From the NCBI GenBank assembly GCA_028826165.1, contig JAPDFW010000015.1:16399-80398 (forward strand): a stretch of 64,000 bases of DNA. Direction: 5' to 3'. Shown here in pieces: positions 42,082 to 53,933 of the stretch. The stretch comes from Anaeramoeba ignava BMAN (Eukaryota > Protista > Anaeramoebae). Each line of letters begins with the position of its first letter. Position 1 is the stretch's first letter. Made by a program: the position numbers and the translations under genes. The notes beneath the pieces are model-generated. The model searched no databases, was not told the DNA's origin, and saw nothing but the letters and a program-made list of their open reading frames with translations.

Positions 42082-43926
42082 ATGTCTTCAAAAAAATCAA
42101 ATAAGAAAGAAAAAACAAAACCAAGACATAAAAGTAGAAACAAATCAAAAAATCAAATTAAAATTCAAAATCAAAATCAAAATCAAAATCAAAATCAAAA
42201 TCAAAATCAAAATCAAAATCAAAATCAAATCCAAAATCAAATCATTTCAATAAATCAATTAATTCAAAATCATCAATTTATTCAACAAAATGATAAAAAT
42301 GAAATGACCCAAAACGAATCCACTTTGAAACTATTACAAGATTTCTCAGATTTTCTGAAACAAAATGAAAACCCAGATTTTTCCATTTTAATTGAATCGA
42401 AAAAATATTTATTTGAATATAAAGTCCACAAATCAATTTTATCAGCAAGAAGTCCGTTTTTGAAAGATTGCATTGAAAAAAACGAATCCCAAATTCGTTT
42501 TGAGGAAGTTGATAAGAAAGTTATTGAAACGATTTTAAAATATATATATTTGGCTGATATTTCTTTTCCAAACGAGATTGATTTGAGAAAACTTTTGCAA
42601 ATTTCGGAAGTATTTCAACTTGAGTTTTTATCAAAAATTATCACCAAAAAAATTAATGGGGAAGAAATTGAAATGGATGAAAGAGATCAAGAAATAAATC
42701 AATTAAAATTGGAAATTGGAAAATTAAAAACGGTTGTTTCAAGAAGAAAAACTTCGGTCCATCAATTAAGAAAGGAACTGGAGGAAGCAAATCAAACAGT
42801 GGAAAAGCAAAAGAAAAAAATTGAGAGGAAAAACAAAGAAATCGAAAAAGCAAATTCGGAAGTTGAAAAGAGAAACAAAGAACTCAGAAAAAGGAAGAAC
42901 TCAGAAAATTCAAACAGAGAAGAGTTGATCTCTCAAATCTCTAATAAGGATGACAAAATTGATCAACTTTCCAGAGATATTTTCAGTTTACAAAATCAAA
43001 ATTTCAATCAAAATTCAAATTTGGATTATCTAAACAAGATGAATTCAAGCTTAACACAACAACTAAACGAAACAAAATATAAACTAAACCAAATTAACAC
43101 AGAAAATAAAAGACTGTCTAAAGAGCTTAGAAAGTGGGTAAATAAGGAATATAAAAAACCAGAAATCGAGCAATATTGGAATGATCACTTCAAAAATAAA
43201 GTGGAATTTCTTGAAATAAAAGAAAAACAAATACAACATGACTGGGAAAAGGGACTCAAAAAAATTCATCAAGAAATGAAAAAAATCAAAAGAGACAATT
43301 GGATAAAAGACATTGAGCAAGTCCAGAAAACAATCTCGGGAATAAAGCCAAATCAAGATTTCTATATACTTTATAATATTTTCATTAATTCAGCAAGTAT
43401 TCAAGATTTTAATCATGCTATTAATTTAAAAGAATGGATGAATGACGATGTATTTTTGTCCCAAATGAGTCTGGGATTTTCAGCAAAAAGAGATGGATTC
43501 TCTTCTCAAAATTGGCATAACGCAGTTGATGGGAAAGGAAAAACATTGGTTATTATCAAAACAAAAGATAATTTTATTTTTGGAGGTTTTACTCAAGTTG
43601 GTTTTAATGCAAATACAACAGCTTATGTTAATGATCCAAATGCATTTATTTTTTCACTAAGAGATGGCCAAGGAACTAATAGAAACCCTGAGAAATTCGC
43701 AATTCATCAAGCCCAAAATGCCATTTATACAAACCAAAATTATGGTCCAACTTTTGGAGGTCATGATTTTTATTTGGATGCCACTTTACAGCCTGGTTAT
43801 TCAAATTTTGGTCATTCTTATAATTTACCTAATGGAATTACTCAAGGAACAACTCAAGCTCAAAGTTATTTAGCTGGTTCTTATAATTCATGGCAGATTG
43901 AGGAAGTTGAGACTTATTTCATTTAA
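42082..43926 (+). CDS. BTB/POZ - coiled-coil - TLDc domain protein with (QN)n N-terminus
   Basis: Intronless 614-aa ORF. BTB motif 'PDFSILI...YKVHKSILSARSPFL...ILKYIY', K/E-rich coil, and TLDc motifs 'RDGFSSQNWHNAVDGKGKTLVIIKT...FIFGGFT...AFIFSL...YGPTFGGHD...IEEVETY'. Confidence 0.9.
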   Translation: MSSKKSNKKEKTKPRHKSRNKSKNQIKIQNQNQNQNQNQNQNQNQNQNQIQNQIISINQLIQNHQFIQQNDKNEMTQNESTLKLLQDFSDFLKQNENPDFSILIESKKYLFEYKVHKSILSARSPFLKDCIEKNESQIRFEEVDKKVIETILKYIYLADISFPNEIDLRKLLQISEVFQLEFLSKIITKKINGEEIEMDERDQEINQLKLEIGKLKTVVSRRKTSVHQLRKELEEANQTVEKQKKKIERKNKEIEKANSEVEKRNKELRKRKNSENSNREELISQISNKDDKIDQLSRDIFSLQNQNFNQNSNLDYLNKMNSSLTQQLNETKYKLNQINTENKRLSKELRKWVNKEYKKPEIEQYWNDHFKNKVEFLEIKEKQIQHDWEKGLKKIHQEMKKIKRDNWIKDIEQVQKTISGIKPNQDFYILYNIFINSASIQDFNHAINLKEWMNDDVFLSQMSLGFSAKRDGFSSQNWHNAVDGKGKTLVIIKTKDNFIFGGFTQVGFNANTTAYVNDPNAFIFSLRDGQGTNRNPEKFAIHQAQNAIYTNQNYGPTFGGHDFYLDATLQPGYSNFGHSYNLPNGITQGTTQAQSYLAGSYNSWQIEEVETYFI

Positions 43927-44029
43927 ATTTGAAAAAAATAAATCAAATTTCCTTTTTTTTAAAAACAATTTAATAAACCATTTAAAAATAATTTTAAAAT
44001 AATTAATTAATTTTAAAAATAATTTTAAG

Positions 44030-44088
44030 ATAATTAATCAATCAATAAAATCAATTAATTAATCAATCAATTAATCAATTAATCAATT

Positions 44089-44127
<39 letters not shown>

Positions 44128-44128
44128 T

Positions 44129-44163
<35 letters not shown>

Positions 44164-45685
44164 TAATCAATCAATTGTAATCAATTTAACCACCACCAAT
44201 AATCAATAATTAATCAATCAATCAATCAATCAACCAATAAATTAATTGTCAATCAATTGGTTCATTGTCAATACTAATAATTGGTAATTACCACCGGTAA
44301 TTGGTAATTGGTACTCCAAATCAATCAATAAATTGGTAAATTACAAATTACAAAAGTAATTGTAAAATAAATCAATTAAAATAATTACAAGCCAAATTAC
44401 CAATAATCAATTACAAAAAAACAATTTCAATTGTAAATTGTCCAATCACTAATAATTAAATAATTAATTACCAATTACCAATCAACATTCGGTTGTCAAT
44501 AAATGGTATTACTAATTTAATTACCAATTGTAATTAATTAATAATCATTAATTGTCAATTATCAATAATCGGTAATTGTCAATAATCACCACCAATAATT
44601 ACAATTGTCAATAATTAATCAATTATTTGTCCAATTATCATAATACTATTGTCAACCACCATTACGGTAATACCAATCAATTTAATTCAATTGGTAATAC
44701 CAATTACTATATCAATTGTCAATTACCAATTGTCATTCACCAATAATTTCAATTAGTAATTACCAATTGTCAATTAAATTTGTCACCAATTGTCAATAAT
44801 TGTCAAATTACCAATTGTCCATTAATCGGTAATTATCCAAATTACCAATTACTAATTAAATAAAAAATTGATAAATTAATTGTCAATACCGGGCATTAAT
44901 AATTACCAATAATTACCATTTAAAATTCCAAATACCAAATTGTACTAACAATACAATACAATTACCAATGTCAATAAATCAATAACAATTGTACAAATTA
45001 AAATTACCAAATTACCAAAATAATAAATTACCAATACCAATCCCAATTACCAAATTAATTAACAATTACAATTACCAATTATTAATCAATTAATAATCAC
45101 CCAATTACCAATTACCAATTACCAATTAATAATTACCAATAATGTCAATTACTAAATTGTCAATAATCACCAATTACCAATTACCAATTAATCAATACCA
45201 TTAATAATTACCAATAATTCAATCAATTAATTATTACCAATCAATTACCAATAATACCATTAATTACGGTAATTCAATTACCAATTAATAATTACCAATT
45301 ACCAATCAGTAATTGGTAATAACTAATAATTACCAAGTAATAATTACCATCGGTAATTATCGGTAATTACTAATCAATACAATTTACCAACCTGTCAATT
45401 CATCAATACCACCAATAAAAATTACCAATTAAATTACAATTTGTCAATAAATTATTGTCAATTACTAATTGTCGGTAATTCAATCAATCAATTGTCAATC
45501 AATTCAATTGTCAATCAATCAATCACCAACCAATCAATCAATTAATAATCAATTAATCAATTAATAATCAATCAATCAATCAATCAATCAATAATCAATC
45601 AATATTAATCAATCAATCAATCAATAAATCAATAAATCAATCAAATCAATCATCAATCATCAATCAATCAATTAATCAATTAATA
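44030..45685. repeat. (AATC)n microsatellite with degenerate centre
   Basis: Clean AATC runs at both edges; scrambled AATTACC/TTGTCAA-rich interior. Confidence 0.8.
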
Positions 45686-45824
45686 AATTAAATTTCAAAT
45701 TAAATTATTAATAAAATATTTTATCAATTTTATTAAATTGTTGGGAATAATTTTAGATTATTTGGATAAAAAAAATTGGTAAAATATATAAAATAAAATG
45801 AATTGTAAATTTAATTATTTAATA

Positions 45825-45825
45825 T

Positions 45826-45873
<48 letters not shown>

Positions 45874-46015
45874 TTTTTTCTTTCTTTCTTTCTTTCTTTC
45901 TTTTCTTTCTTTCTTTCTTTCTTTCTTTTTTTTCTTTCTTTTCTTTTTCTTTTCTTTCTTTTCTTTCTTTCTTTTTTTTCTTTCTTTCTTTCTTTCTTTT
46001 CTTTCTTTTTTCTTT
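45825..46015. repeat. (TTTC)n microsatellite
   Basis: Tetramer run just 3' of the ankyrin-BTB stop. Confidence 0.9.
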
Positions 46016-46018
46016 TAA

Positions 46019-48291
46019 TTAATTGAAAAAAATATTTTTAAAATAATCAAAATCAAGTAATAATTCTCCAATTAATGATTTTGGATTTAATTGATAATAA
46101 TCTTTTATATCAACATATTCTTCAAGATTTTCTTTTGTTATTTTTGTTTCTTCTTCAAATTCATCATGATAAAGGAAATAAATAAATTGGTTTATTGCTT
46201 CAAATGATTTTCTTGAATAATCATGAACTTGATTTGATTGATCTTGAACATTTAATTGAAACATTCCTTTAAATAATTCACTTCTTAATATTAATATTAA
46301 TTTATGAACTTTAATTTCTTTTTTTTCTTCAATAATTATTTTAAAATCTTTTGTTTCATTTTGTTGATATAATTTTGATAAATCTTTTATTATTCCTTTT
46401 CTTCCTTTTTTTGTTTCAATCCAATTTGATTCAATTCCAATTTGTTCAAAAATATCTTTCATTAATTCATTTTCTTGTTCTTCAAATTCATTTTCTTTTT
46501 CAATTTTGTTTTTCTTAAATTTTCAAATTCTTTTATTTTTCATCTTGTTTTGATTCTTTAATTTTTTTCATTTGATTTTGATAATTGATTAAATTTTGAA
46601 ATCTTTGAATAAAATAATCAAAATTAGTAAATCCAGTATAAAGAAAATTTAAAGCTAATTGAACATCTCTTTTTGGTTTTCTATTGCAAATATTGATAAA
46701 TTTTTGTAAAATTAATTTATCATTATCAAATCTTGTTAATAAAATTATTTTATGAACTTTAAATTTGAAATAATCATTTGTTTTAATTTCTAAATCTGTA
46801 AATTTTTCATTTTCATTTTCATTTTGACTTGATTTTAAAAAATTATTTAAATCTTCATTAATTGAATAAATTTTTGGAAATAAATTAATTATTTCTTCAT
46901 TGATTTGATCATATTTTAAATCAAAAATATTTCCCTCATTCATCATTAATAACTTGATTAATTGAATATTCTGATATTCACAAGCAATATGTAAAGCTGT
47001 TTGATTATAATTTGTTTTTGAATTAATATCAATTCCTGATGAAATTAAATATTTAATAATTTCAAGTGAAATATTTTGATTTTTACAAGCATAATGTAAA
47101 GCTGTTTCATTTGTTTTTGAATTAATATCAATTCCTGATGAAATTAAATATTTAATAATTTCAAGTGAAATATTTTCATTTTTACAAGCATAATGTAAAG
47201 CTGTTTGATTAGAATCTTTTGTTTTTGAATTAATATCAATTCCTGATAAAATTAAATATTTAATAATTTCAAGTGAAATATTTTCATTTTCACAAGCATA
47301 ATGTAAAGCTGTTTGATTATATTTTGTTTTTGAATTAATATCAATTCTTGATGAAATTAAATATTTAATAATTTCAAGTGAAATATTTTTATTTTCACAA
47401 GCATAATGTAAAGCTGTTTTATTTTGATTTGTTTTTGAATTAATATCAATTCCTGATAAAATTAAATATTTAATAATTTCAAGTGAAATATTTGATTTTC
47501 TTTCATATTTTGTTTTTGAATTAATATCAATTCTTGATAAAATTAAATATTTAATAATTTCAAGTGAAATATTTGGATTGAAACAAGCAATATGCAAAGC
47601 TGTTTCATTTTCATATTTTGTTTTTGAATTAATATCAATTCCTGATGAAATTAAATATTTAATAATTTCAAGTGAAATATTTTCATTTTTACAAGCATAA
47701 TGTAAAACTGTTTCATTTAGATATGTTTTTGAATTAATATCAATTCTTGATGAAATTAAATATTTAATAATTTCAAGTGAAAATTTTTTTTTCTACAAAC
47801 AAAATGTAAAGCTGTTTCATTATAATTTGTTTTTGAATTAATATCAATTCTTGATGAAATTAAATATTTAATAATTTCAAGTGAAATATTTTCATTTTTA
47901 CAAGCAATATGTAATGAATTTTTTCCTTTGTTATCAATCAAATTTGGATTAGCACCTTTTGAAATCAAAAATTGAATTATTTCTTTTGAAACTTGTTTTT
48001 CTATTGCAAAATGTAAAATTGGTTTTTGTTCTTTTATTAATTGATTTTTTGGAATTGATTCAATTTCTTTTAATTTTTGGAAATTGTTTTCTTCAATCAT
48101 TTTCCAAATATCTTTATTATCTTGATTATCTTGAATATCTTTATTATCTTGAATATCTTGAATATCTTGAATATCTTGAATATCTTTATTATCTTGAATA
48201 TCTTTAATATCTTTATTATTTTGAATATCTTGAATATCTTTATTATCTTGAATATCTTGAATATCTTAATATCTTTATTATCTTTATTCAT
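46019..48291 (-). CDS. Ankyrin-repeat (about 11) + two BTB domains protein; about 4 apparent frameshifts
   Basis: ORF pieces 48291-48097, 48100-47756, 47597-46533 and 46462-46019 join via single-base indels (about 48267, 47785, 46535, 46510). Repeats 'TALHYACxNxNISLEIIKYLISSGIDINSKT'; BTB motifs 'FKVHKIILLTR' and 'IKVHKLILILRSELF'. Confidence 0.8.
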
Positions 48292-48475
48292 TTTTGTTTT
48301 TCGTTTGTTTTAATTGTATTTGTGTTTGTATTTTTGTGTTTGTGTGTTTGTGTTTGTGTTTTAAAAAAAAAAGTAAAAAATGAAAAATGAAAAAAAGGAA
48401 AAAAAATTTTTTTATTTAGAAAAAAGAAGAAAAATAAAAATAAAATTTCCTCTTTTGTTCTTCTTTTCTTTTTCA

Positions 48476-49545
48476 ATTTGATTTTGATTTTGAATTTGAT
48501 TTTGATTTTGATTTTGATTTTGATTTTGATTTTGAATTTTGATTTTGATTTTGATTTTGATTTTGAATTTGAATTTTGATTTTGATTTTGATTTTAATTT
48601 TAATTTTGAATTTGAATTTGATTTTGATTTTGAATTTGAATTTGATTTTGATTTTGATTTTGATTTTGATTTTGATTTTGAATTTGATTTTGATTTTGAT
48701 TTTGATTTTGATTTTGATTTTGATTTTGATTTTGAATTTGATTTTGATTTTGATTTTGATTTTGATTTTGAATTTGATTTTTGATTTTTGATTTTTGATT
48801 TTGATTTTGATTTTGATTTTGATTTTGATTTTGATTTTGATTTTGATTTGATTTTGATTTTTTGATTTTGAATTTGATTTTGATTTTGATTTTTGATTTT
48901 GATTTTGATTTTGATTTGAATTTGATTTTGATTTTGATTTTGATTTTGATTTTGATTTTGATTTTAATTTTAATTTTGATTTTGATTTTGATTTTGATTT
49001 TGATTTTGATTTTGATTTTGATTTTGATTTTGATTTTGATTTTGATTTTGATTTTGATTTTGATTTTGATTTTGATTTTGATTTTGAATTTGATTTTGAT
49101 TTTGATTTTGATTTTGATTTTGATTTTGATTTTGAATTTTGAATTTGATTTTGATTTTAATTTTGATTTTGATTTTGATTTTGATTTTGAATTTTGATTT
49201 TAATTTTAATTTTGAATTTAATTTTGAATTTTGAATTTTGATTTTGATTTGATTTTGATTTTGATTTTGATTTTGATTTGATTTTGATTTTGATTTTGAT
49301 TTTGATTTTGATTTTGATTTGAATTTTGATTTTGATTTTGATTTTGATTTTGATTTTGATTTTGATTTTGATTTTGAATTTGATTTTGATTTTGAATTTG
49401 ATTTTGAATTTGAATTTGATTTTGATTTTGATTTTGATTTTCATTTTAATTTTTATTTTGAAGATTTTGATTTTGATTTTGATTTTGATTTTGATTTTGA
49501 TTTTGATTTTGATTTTGATTTTGATTTTCATTTTAATTTTGATTT
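48476..49545. repeat. (GATTTT)n intergenic microsatellite
   Basis: Hexamer run of about 1 kb. Confidence 0.95.
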
Positions 49546-49619
49546 TCTTCTAAATTTGTTTCTAAATTTGTTTCTAAATTTGTTTCTAAATTTGTTTTTC
49601 TTTTTCTTTTGTTTGTATT

Positions 49620-52600
49620 TTAATTTCTTCTAATCCTCTTTTGTTTAGAAAGTCTCCAAGAATCTTGATTTTGAAGAAACCTATCCCATAAAGGTAAAAG
49701 TTTTTCAGATTTTTTACGTCTAGTCAATTTAGTAGGATCAGCAATTCTATAAAACTTTGGGGCGAATTCAACGAGCCATTTAGGGTCAATAAAAGAAACA
49801 TTTCTCATATATTCCTTTGAAGTAAGAACGAGTTCGTGATAAACAACCCATTGAGGTTTAACTTGGAAAAGAGCTGAGCTTGGATGGATATAAACAGTTT
49901 GACCTTCAACAAGGGTTTTATAACCTTCTTGAGGGTCTTTTTTAGCGGCTTTTGTAAAATAGCCAGAAACAATTGATTTGATAATAGGAACAGTTGCAGT
50001 TCCACAAGAAACAACGTCCAATTTTTGCCGATCCAAAATTGCGAGAATTTGCTTTCTGATTTCTTGAGCTCTTCTGAGGGATCTTGGCTGGATAAAATTC
50101 TCAAAGCACCAAGGATTACTGAATTTGTTTCTTTTCCAGGATTCATAGACATTGAGGAGAGTAAGATGGTCGCCATCAGGAGAAATAAACTTTGCTTTTT
50201 TCTGGTCAGCTTGAGCCTGTTTTTCTTTTGGTCTATAAAAAACGGATTCAACGGAAAGCATTGAGACGATTGTAAGAATTTCCTCAGCACAACCGAAAGA
50301 AACGGAGGAAATAAGCATCTTAGACAAAGGGGGATCGAGGGGGAATTCAGCCATTTGTCTTCCCAATTTCGTAAGCAAACCCTCCTCATCGAGAGCGCCG
50401 AGCATGTAGAGCTGTTCCATGGCGGAAACGAGGGATTGAGTCGGCGGCGGATCCATGAAATTGAAGTGGAGGAGATCGTTGATTCCAAGCGCTTTGAGGG
50501 TGAGAACAGTTGTGCCGAGATTTGTGCGCTGGATCTCGGGAATTGTATTTGGGAACATTTCATTATGATAAGCAGATTCTGTGTAAAGTCGGAAACATTT
50601 TCCAGGACCTGTTCTTCCGGCTCGCCCTGCGCGCTGTCTTGCTGCTGCCTGTGAGATTGGTGTTACAACAAGCGAATCCATCCCCAATCTTGGGTTGTAG
50701 CATTTCTGCTTCACAAACCCTGGATCGATCACATAATATATTCCGTCAATTGTTAATGAAGTCTCCGCAATGTTTGTTGCGATAACAACCTTTCTTGATC
50801 CCTTTGGTGTTGGTTCGAAAATTCGGGTTTGGATCTCAGAAGGAAGCGCAGAATAAACGGGGAGGATCATCAGCTCAGGCGCTTTTGGACCAAGTGATTT
50901 TACACGCTCAAAAAGAATCTGACAAGCAGTGTCGATTTCTTCTTGTCCTGTTAAAAACAATAGGATATCTCCTGGTGGCTCTGCCAGATGGATCTGCATG
51001 ACTGTGATGAGCGCTGCGTCGAGATAGTCTGATTCGGGCTCTTTTGTGTATAAGATCTCAACGGGGTAGTTGCGACCTGGGATGGTGAAGATGGGACATT
51101 CGAAGAAGAAATCGGAAAACTTTTCTGCATCCAGTGTTGCCGAAGTAACAATTAATTTTAGATCAGGTCTTCTTTTCACCGTTTCTTTAAGAAGGCCAAA
51201 AAGAACATCAGTGTGCACCGTACGTTCGTGCGCTTCATCAAGCATTACAACGGAATATCCAGTCAGATCAGGGTCTATCAAGCACTCCCGAAGAAGCATT
51301 CCATCCGTCATGTATTTGATCACGGTTTCATTACTTGTGAAATCTTCAAATCTGATTGAATATCCAACCTCTTGACCCAAACGGCAGCCAAACTCCTCGC
51401 TAACTCTCTTCGCAACGCTCATTGCGGCGACTCGTCTTGGCTGCGTGCATCCGATCCGTCCTTCTTTTGCATATCCGTCTTCCGCAAGATATTGCGTGAT
51501 CTGCGTTGTTTTTCCTGATCCTGTTTCTCCTACGCAAATCAGCACTTGATTGTCCCTAATTGCGCTCATCAGTTCGTTTCGCAGCTTGAAGATCGGCAGT
51601 GATTCGCGCTGCTCCTTAATTGACAAATTGGTCTTCTTTCCGTATGCGACTGTTTTCCCAAAAGTGGATTTTTTCCATTCTGGAAGATCTTCTTGTGCCA
51701 TACCCAATCCGCGCAGATCCAGTGCCAAATGGCGTTCTCCTTCTTCCGGAAGTGGATCGATCCAAGGACGGTTAATATCTTTGGGGATACTTTCCAGCAT
51801 TTGGTTTCTTTACTGCTCTCGAACTTCCTTGCGTTCTTTTGCCAACGTAACTTGAGTCATTGCTGCGTCAACAAGTGATCCATCAGGATTTTTCAAGATT
51901 TTGATCGGCGATAGCGCCATTGTGTGCCGTGTTTGTCCCCGCAGAAATGTCGGCTCTTCATCGTTAAGCTCGATTTCTAGATCCTCCTCCATCTCGTCTT
52001 CCATATCTAGATCAAGTACTCCTGTTTCTTCGTTGTAGTTTGTTTGCTCACGAATGTCTAGAACCCCTGCAGACTCAAGCTGCTTTTGGATCCATCTTTC
52101 GGGTGTTGGAAGGTCTCGTCTTGTGTGCTTTTTTTCTTGCCTGATTGTTTTTGTTTGTGAATAAAAAAAAATTATGCAGTTGCGATATTTTGTTGTGATA
52201 TAATGATAATAATATAATAATAATAATATAATAATAATATAATAGAAATTTTTATGTTTGATGACTGTTTGTTTTTTTTTTCCGATTTTCGTTTTAATCA
52301 AAATAAATATAAATTTCAATAATATTTTTAAATTCAATTTAAATTTCAAATTCAATATAAATTTCTGAAATAAATAAAATTCGTTTTGATTTTCCTTGTT
52401 AAATGCATACATGCTTAACGTCATAGCGCCTTCATTCAAATCATTAGGTCTTGTTGGATTACTTCTTAATGGATCATATAAAGAAGTCTTCTTTTCAGAA
52501 TCAACAATTTCTCTTGGAAAAAGATCTTCACCATTTGATTGATCAGCCTCCTTCATTGATAAACTAATTTTACTTCCCGCATAAGCAAGAACTTTCACAA

Positions 52601-53261
52601 ACACTCTCTGCTTTTTATGTACAATTTCATGTGGATCTAAAACTCTTCCAGTTTTCTTCATTTGCGTGATGTGACAGAGCCCTTCTCGTTTTCCACGAAC
52701 TCCATCAAGTCGCACAAAACACCCAAAGTCTCTTATTCCAGTAACTTCTCCTGAATATATTTTATATTGTATGGGCTCTTCATCAATGGCTTCCCTTTCG
52801 TTATAAAAATGCGCATTTTTTTTCACTTCATCTTCTTCTTCAATTTTTTTCTCTATTTTATTTTTTTGATTCCAAGGGTTTTGAGTATTTCTGTGTCATG
52901 AATTATTTTCCCTATAATTATTATGATCATTATGATGATGTGAATGTGAATGATGTAAATGAGGTTTATGTTCTCTTTCTTTTAAATTTTCTTTTAAATT
53001 TTCTTTTAAATTCTCTTTTAAATTCTCTTTCTTTTTTGCATTCGGATGTAATCTACTTATTATATTATATATATTTGTTACAAAATTTTCTGGAAATTCT
53101 GCTTGTTTTTCTTTTAAATTTTGTTTAAATTCTTCCAATGTTTTTGAATTTTCCCAAATTTCTACAATAAATTCTGCAACAAATTTTTGTTTAATTCCAA
53201 CATTATTTTCAAGTTCAGTACAAACTTTTGAAATTAAAGAAATGAATTTTAGTTGTTGCAT
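49620..53261 (-). CDS. DHX8: Pre-mRNA splicing DEAH-box helicase DHX8/Prp22 (N-terminal PWI-like, S1, helicase); two in-frame stops
   Basis: N-term '[12 protein letters not shown]', S1 domain '[15 protein letters not shown]...REGLCHITQ', '[14 protein letters not shown]', [33 protein letters not shown]. Intron 52410-52141 (GTATGC...AG). In-frame TGA at 52898-52896 and TAA at 51812-51810. Confidence 0.93.
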
Positions 53262-53269
53262 TTTAAAAA

Positions 53270-53312
53270 CAAAAAATGAAAAAAAATGAAAAATGAAAAA
53301 AATGAAAAAAAT
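53270..53312 (-). promoter_or_regulatory. Tandem TTCATTTTT initiator-like motifs upstream of DHX8
   Basis: The same TTTTCATTTT motif precedes the ATG of nearly every GPCR copy, the ankyrin gene and the NimA-like gene, always on the coding strand. Confidence 0.5.
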
Positions 53313-53376
53313 ATTTTTTAATTAAAAAAAAAATCCCTAAAAGTAAAAAAATAATTTCTTTCTTTTCCTTTGTTTC

Positions 53377-53933
53377 TTATTTGTTTTTTTTCCCAGTTAT
53401 ACTATCTATCTTCAATTTAAAAACTTTCGCTACTTTAAAAGATTGTGGATCATAAAGATTAGATTTACTTTCCCATCCATATTGCTTCATAATAATATCC
53501 ATAGCTTTCTTTTTCTCATCAACATCCTCAACAAAAGAAACATGACCATAACCAATAACACTTTCAAAATGGCAAGTCCAATGACAAGGAAGAGTTTCTT
53601 CAACAATTTTAACATTGGAATCAAACTCAAAACATACATAACTATTCTTTTTCAAATATTCCATTTTTTTCCCTTTTGGATTTGAATGAAAATATAATGT
53701 GTTGTTTGCATATCCAAATGACATTGGAATTACATAAGGTTTGTTTCAACTGATAATCCTAATCGACATACTTTGCTTTTCTCAATCACTTCTTCAATTT
53801 CTTTTCGATCTTTCATTTCTTTTTGCTTTTTCCTTAATTTATATTCTTCATGCATTAATCTTTCAATTTTATTAATAAAAATTGTTTTTGTTTGTGTTTT
53901 GATTGGTTTTGTTGGAATTATTCTTGGAAGCAT
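53377..53933 (-). CDS. NimA/pyridoxamine-5'-phosphate-oxidase-like (Pyridox_ox_2) flavin-binding protein with N-terminal leader; -1 frameshift at about 53745
   Basis: 'LRKKQKEMKDRKEIEEVIEKSKVCRLGL' then, with one A restored, 'ENKPYVIPMSFGY...LYFHSNPKGKKMEYLKKNSYVCFE...FESVIGYG...EKKKAM...ITGK'. This is the typical layout of the bacterial family. Confidence 0.8.

Noticed and set aside
44170-45520. Complex-looking AATTACC/TTGTCAA/CGGTAAT sequence as a novel element
   Set aside because: It has no ORF or stable unit and is bounded by clean (AATC)n. Like the centres of 20140-21182 and 30250-31700, it resembles poor consensus across a long microsatellite.
5203-49633. Many ORFs such as poly-(IL), (KI), (DF), (NF), (YL)
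   Set aside because: They are translations of intronic or intergenic hexamer microsatellites, not genes.
49620-51800. Intein in the DEAH helicase (inteins are reported to be common in Anaeramoeba)
   Set aside because: Helicase motifs are contiguous with normal spacing; there is no insertion with Cys/Ser…His-Asn ends.
49805-51878. Overlapping or antisense ORFs within DHX8 (for example 49805-50563 minus, 50355-50654 plus)
   Set aside because: They are by-products of higher GC in a conserved coding region and show no recognisable domains.
1967-53933. Alternative genetic code (TAA=Gln or TGA=sense) to explain the DHX8 stops
   Set aside because: TAA and TGA are the normal terminators of the GPCR, BTB and NimA-like genes, and CAA is used abundantly for Gln.
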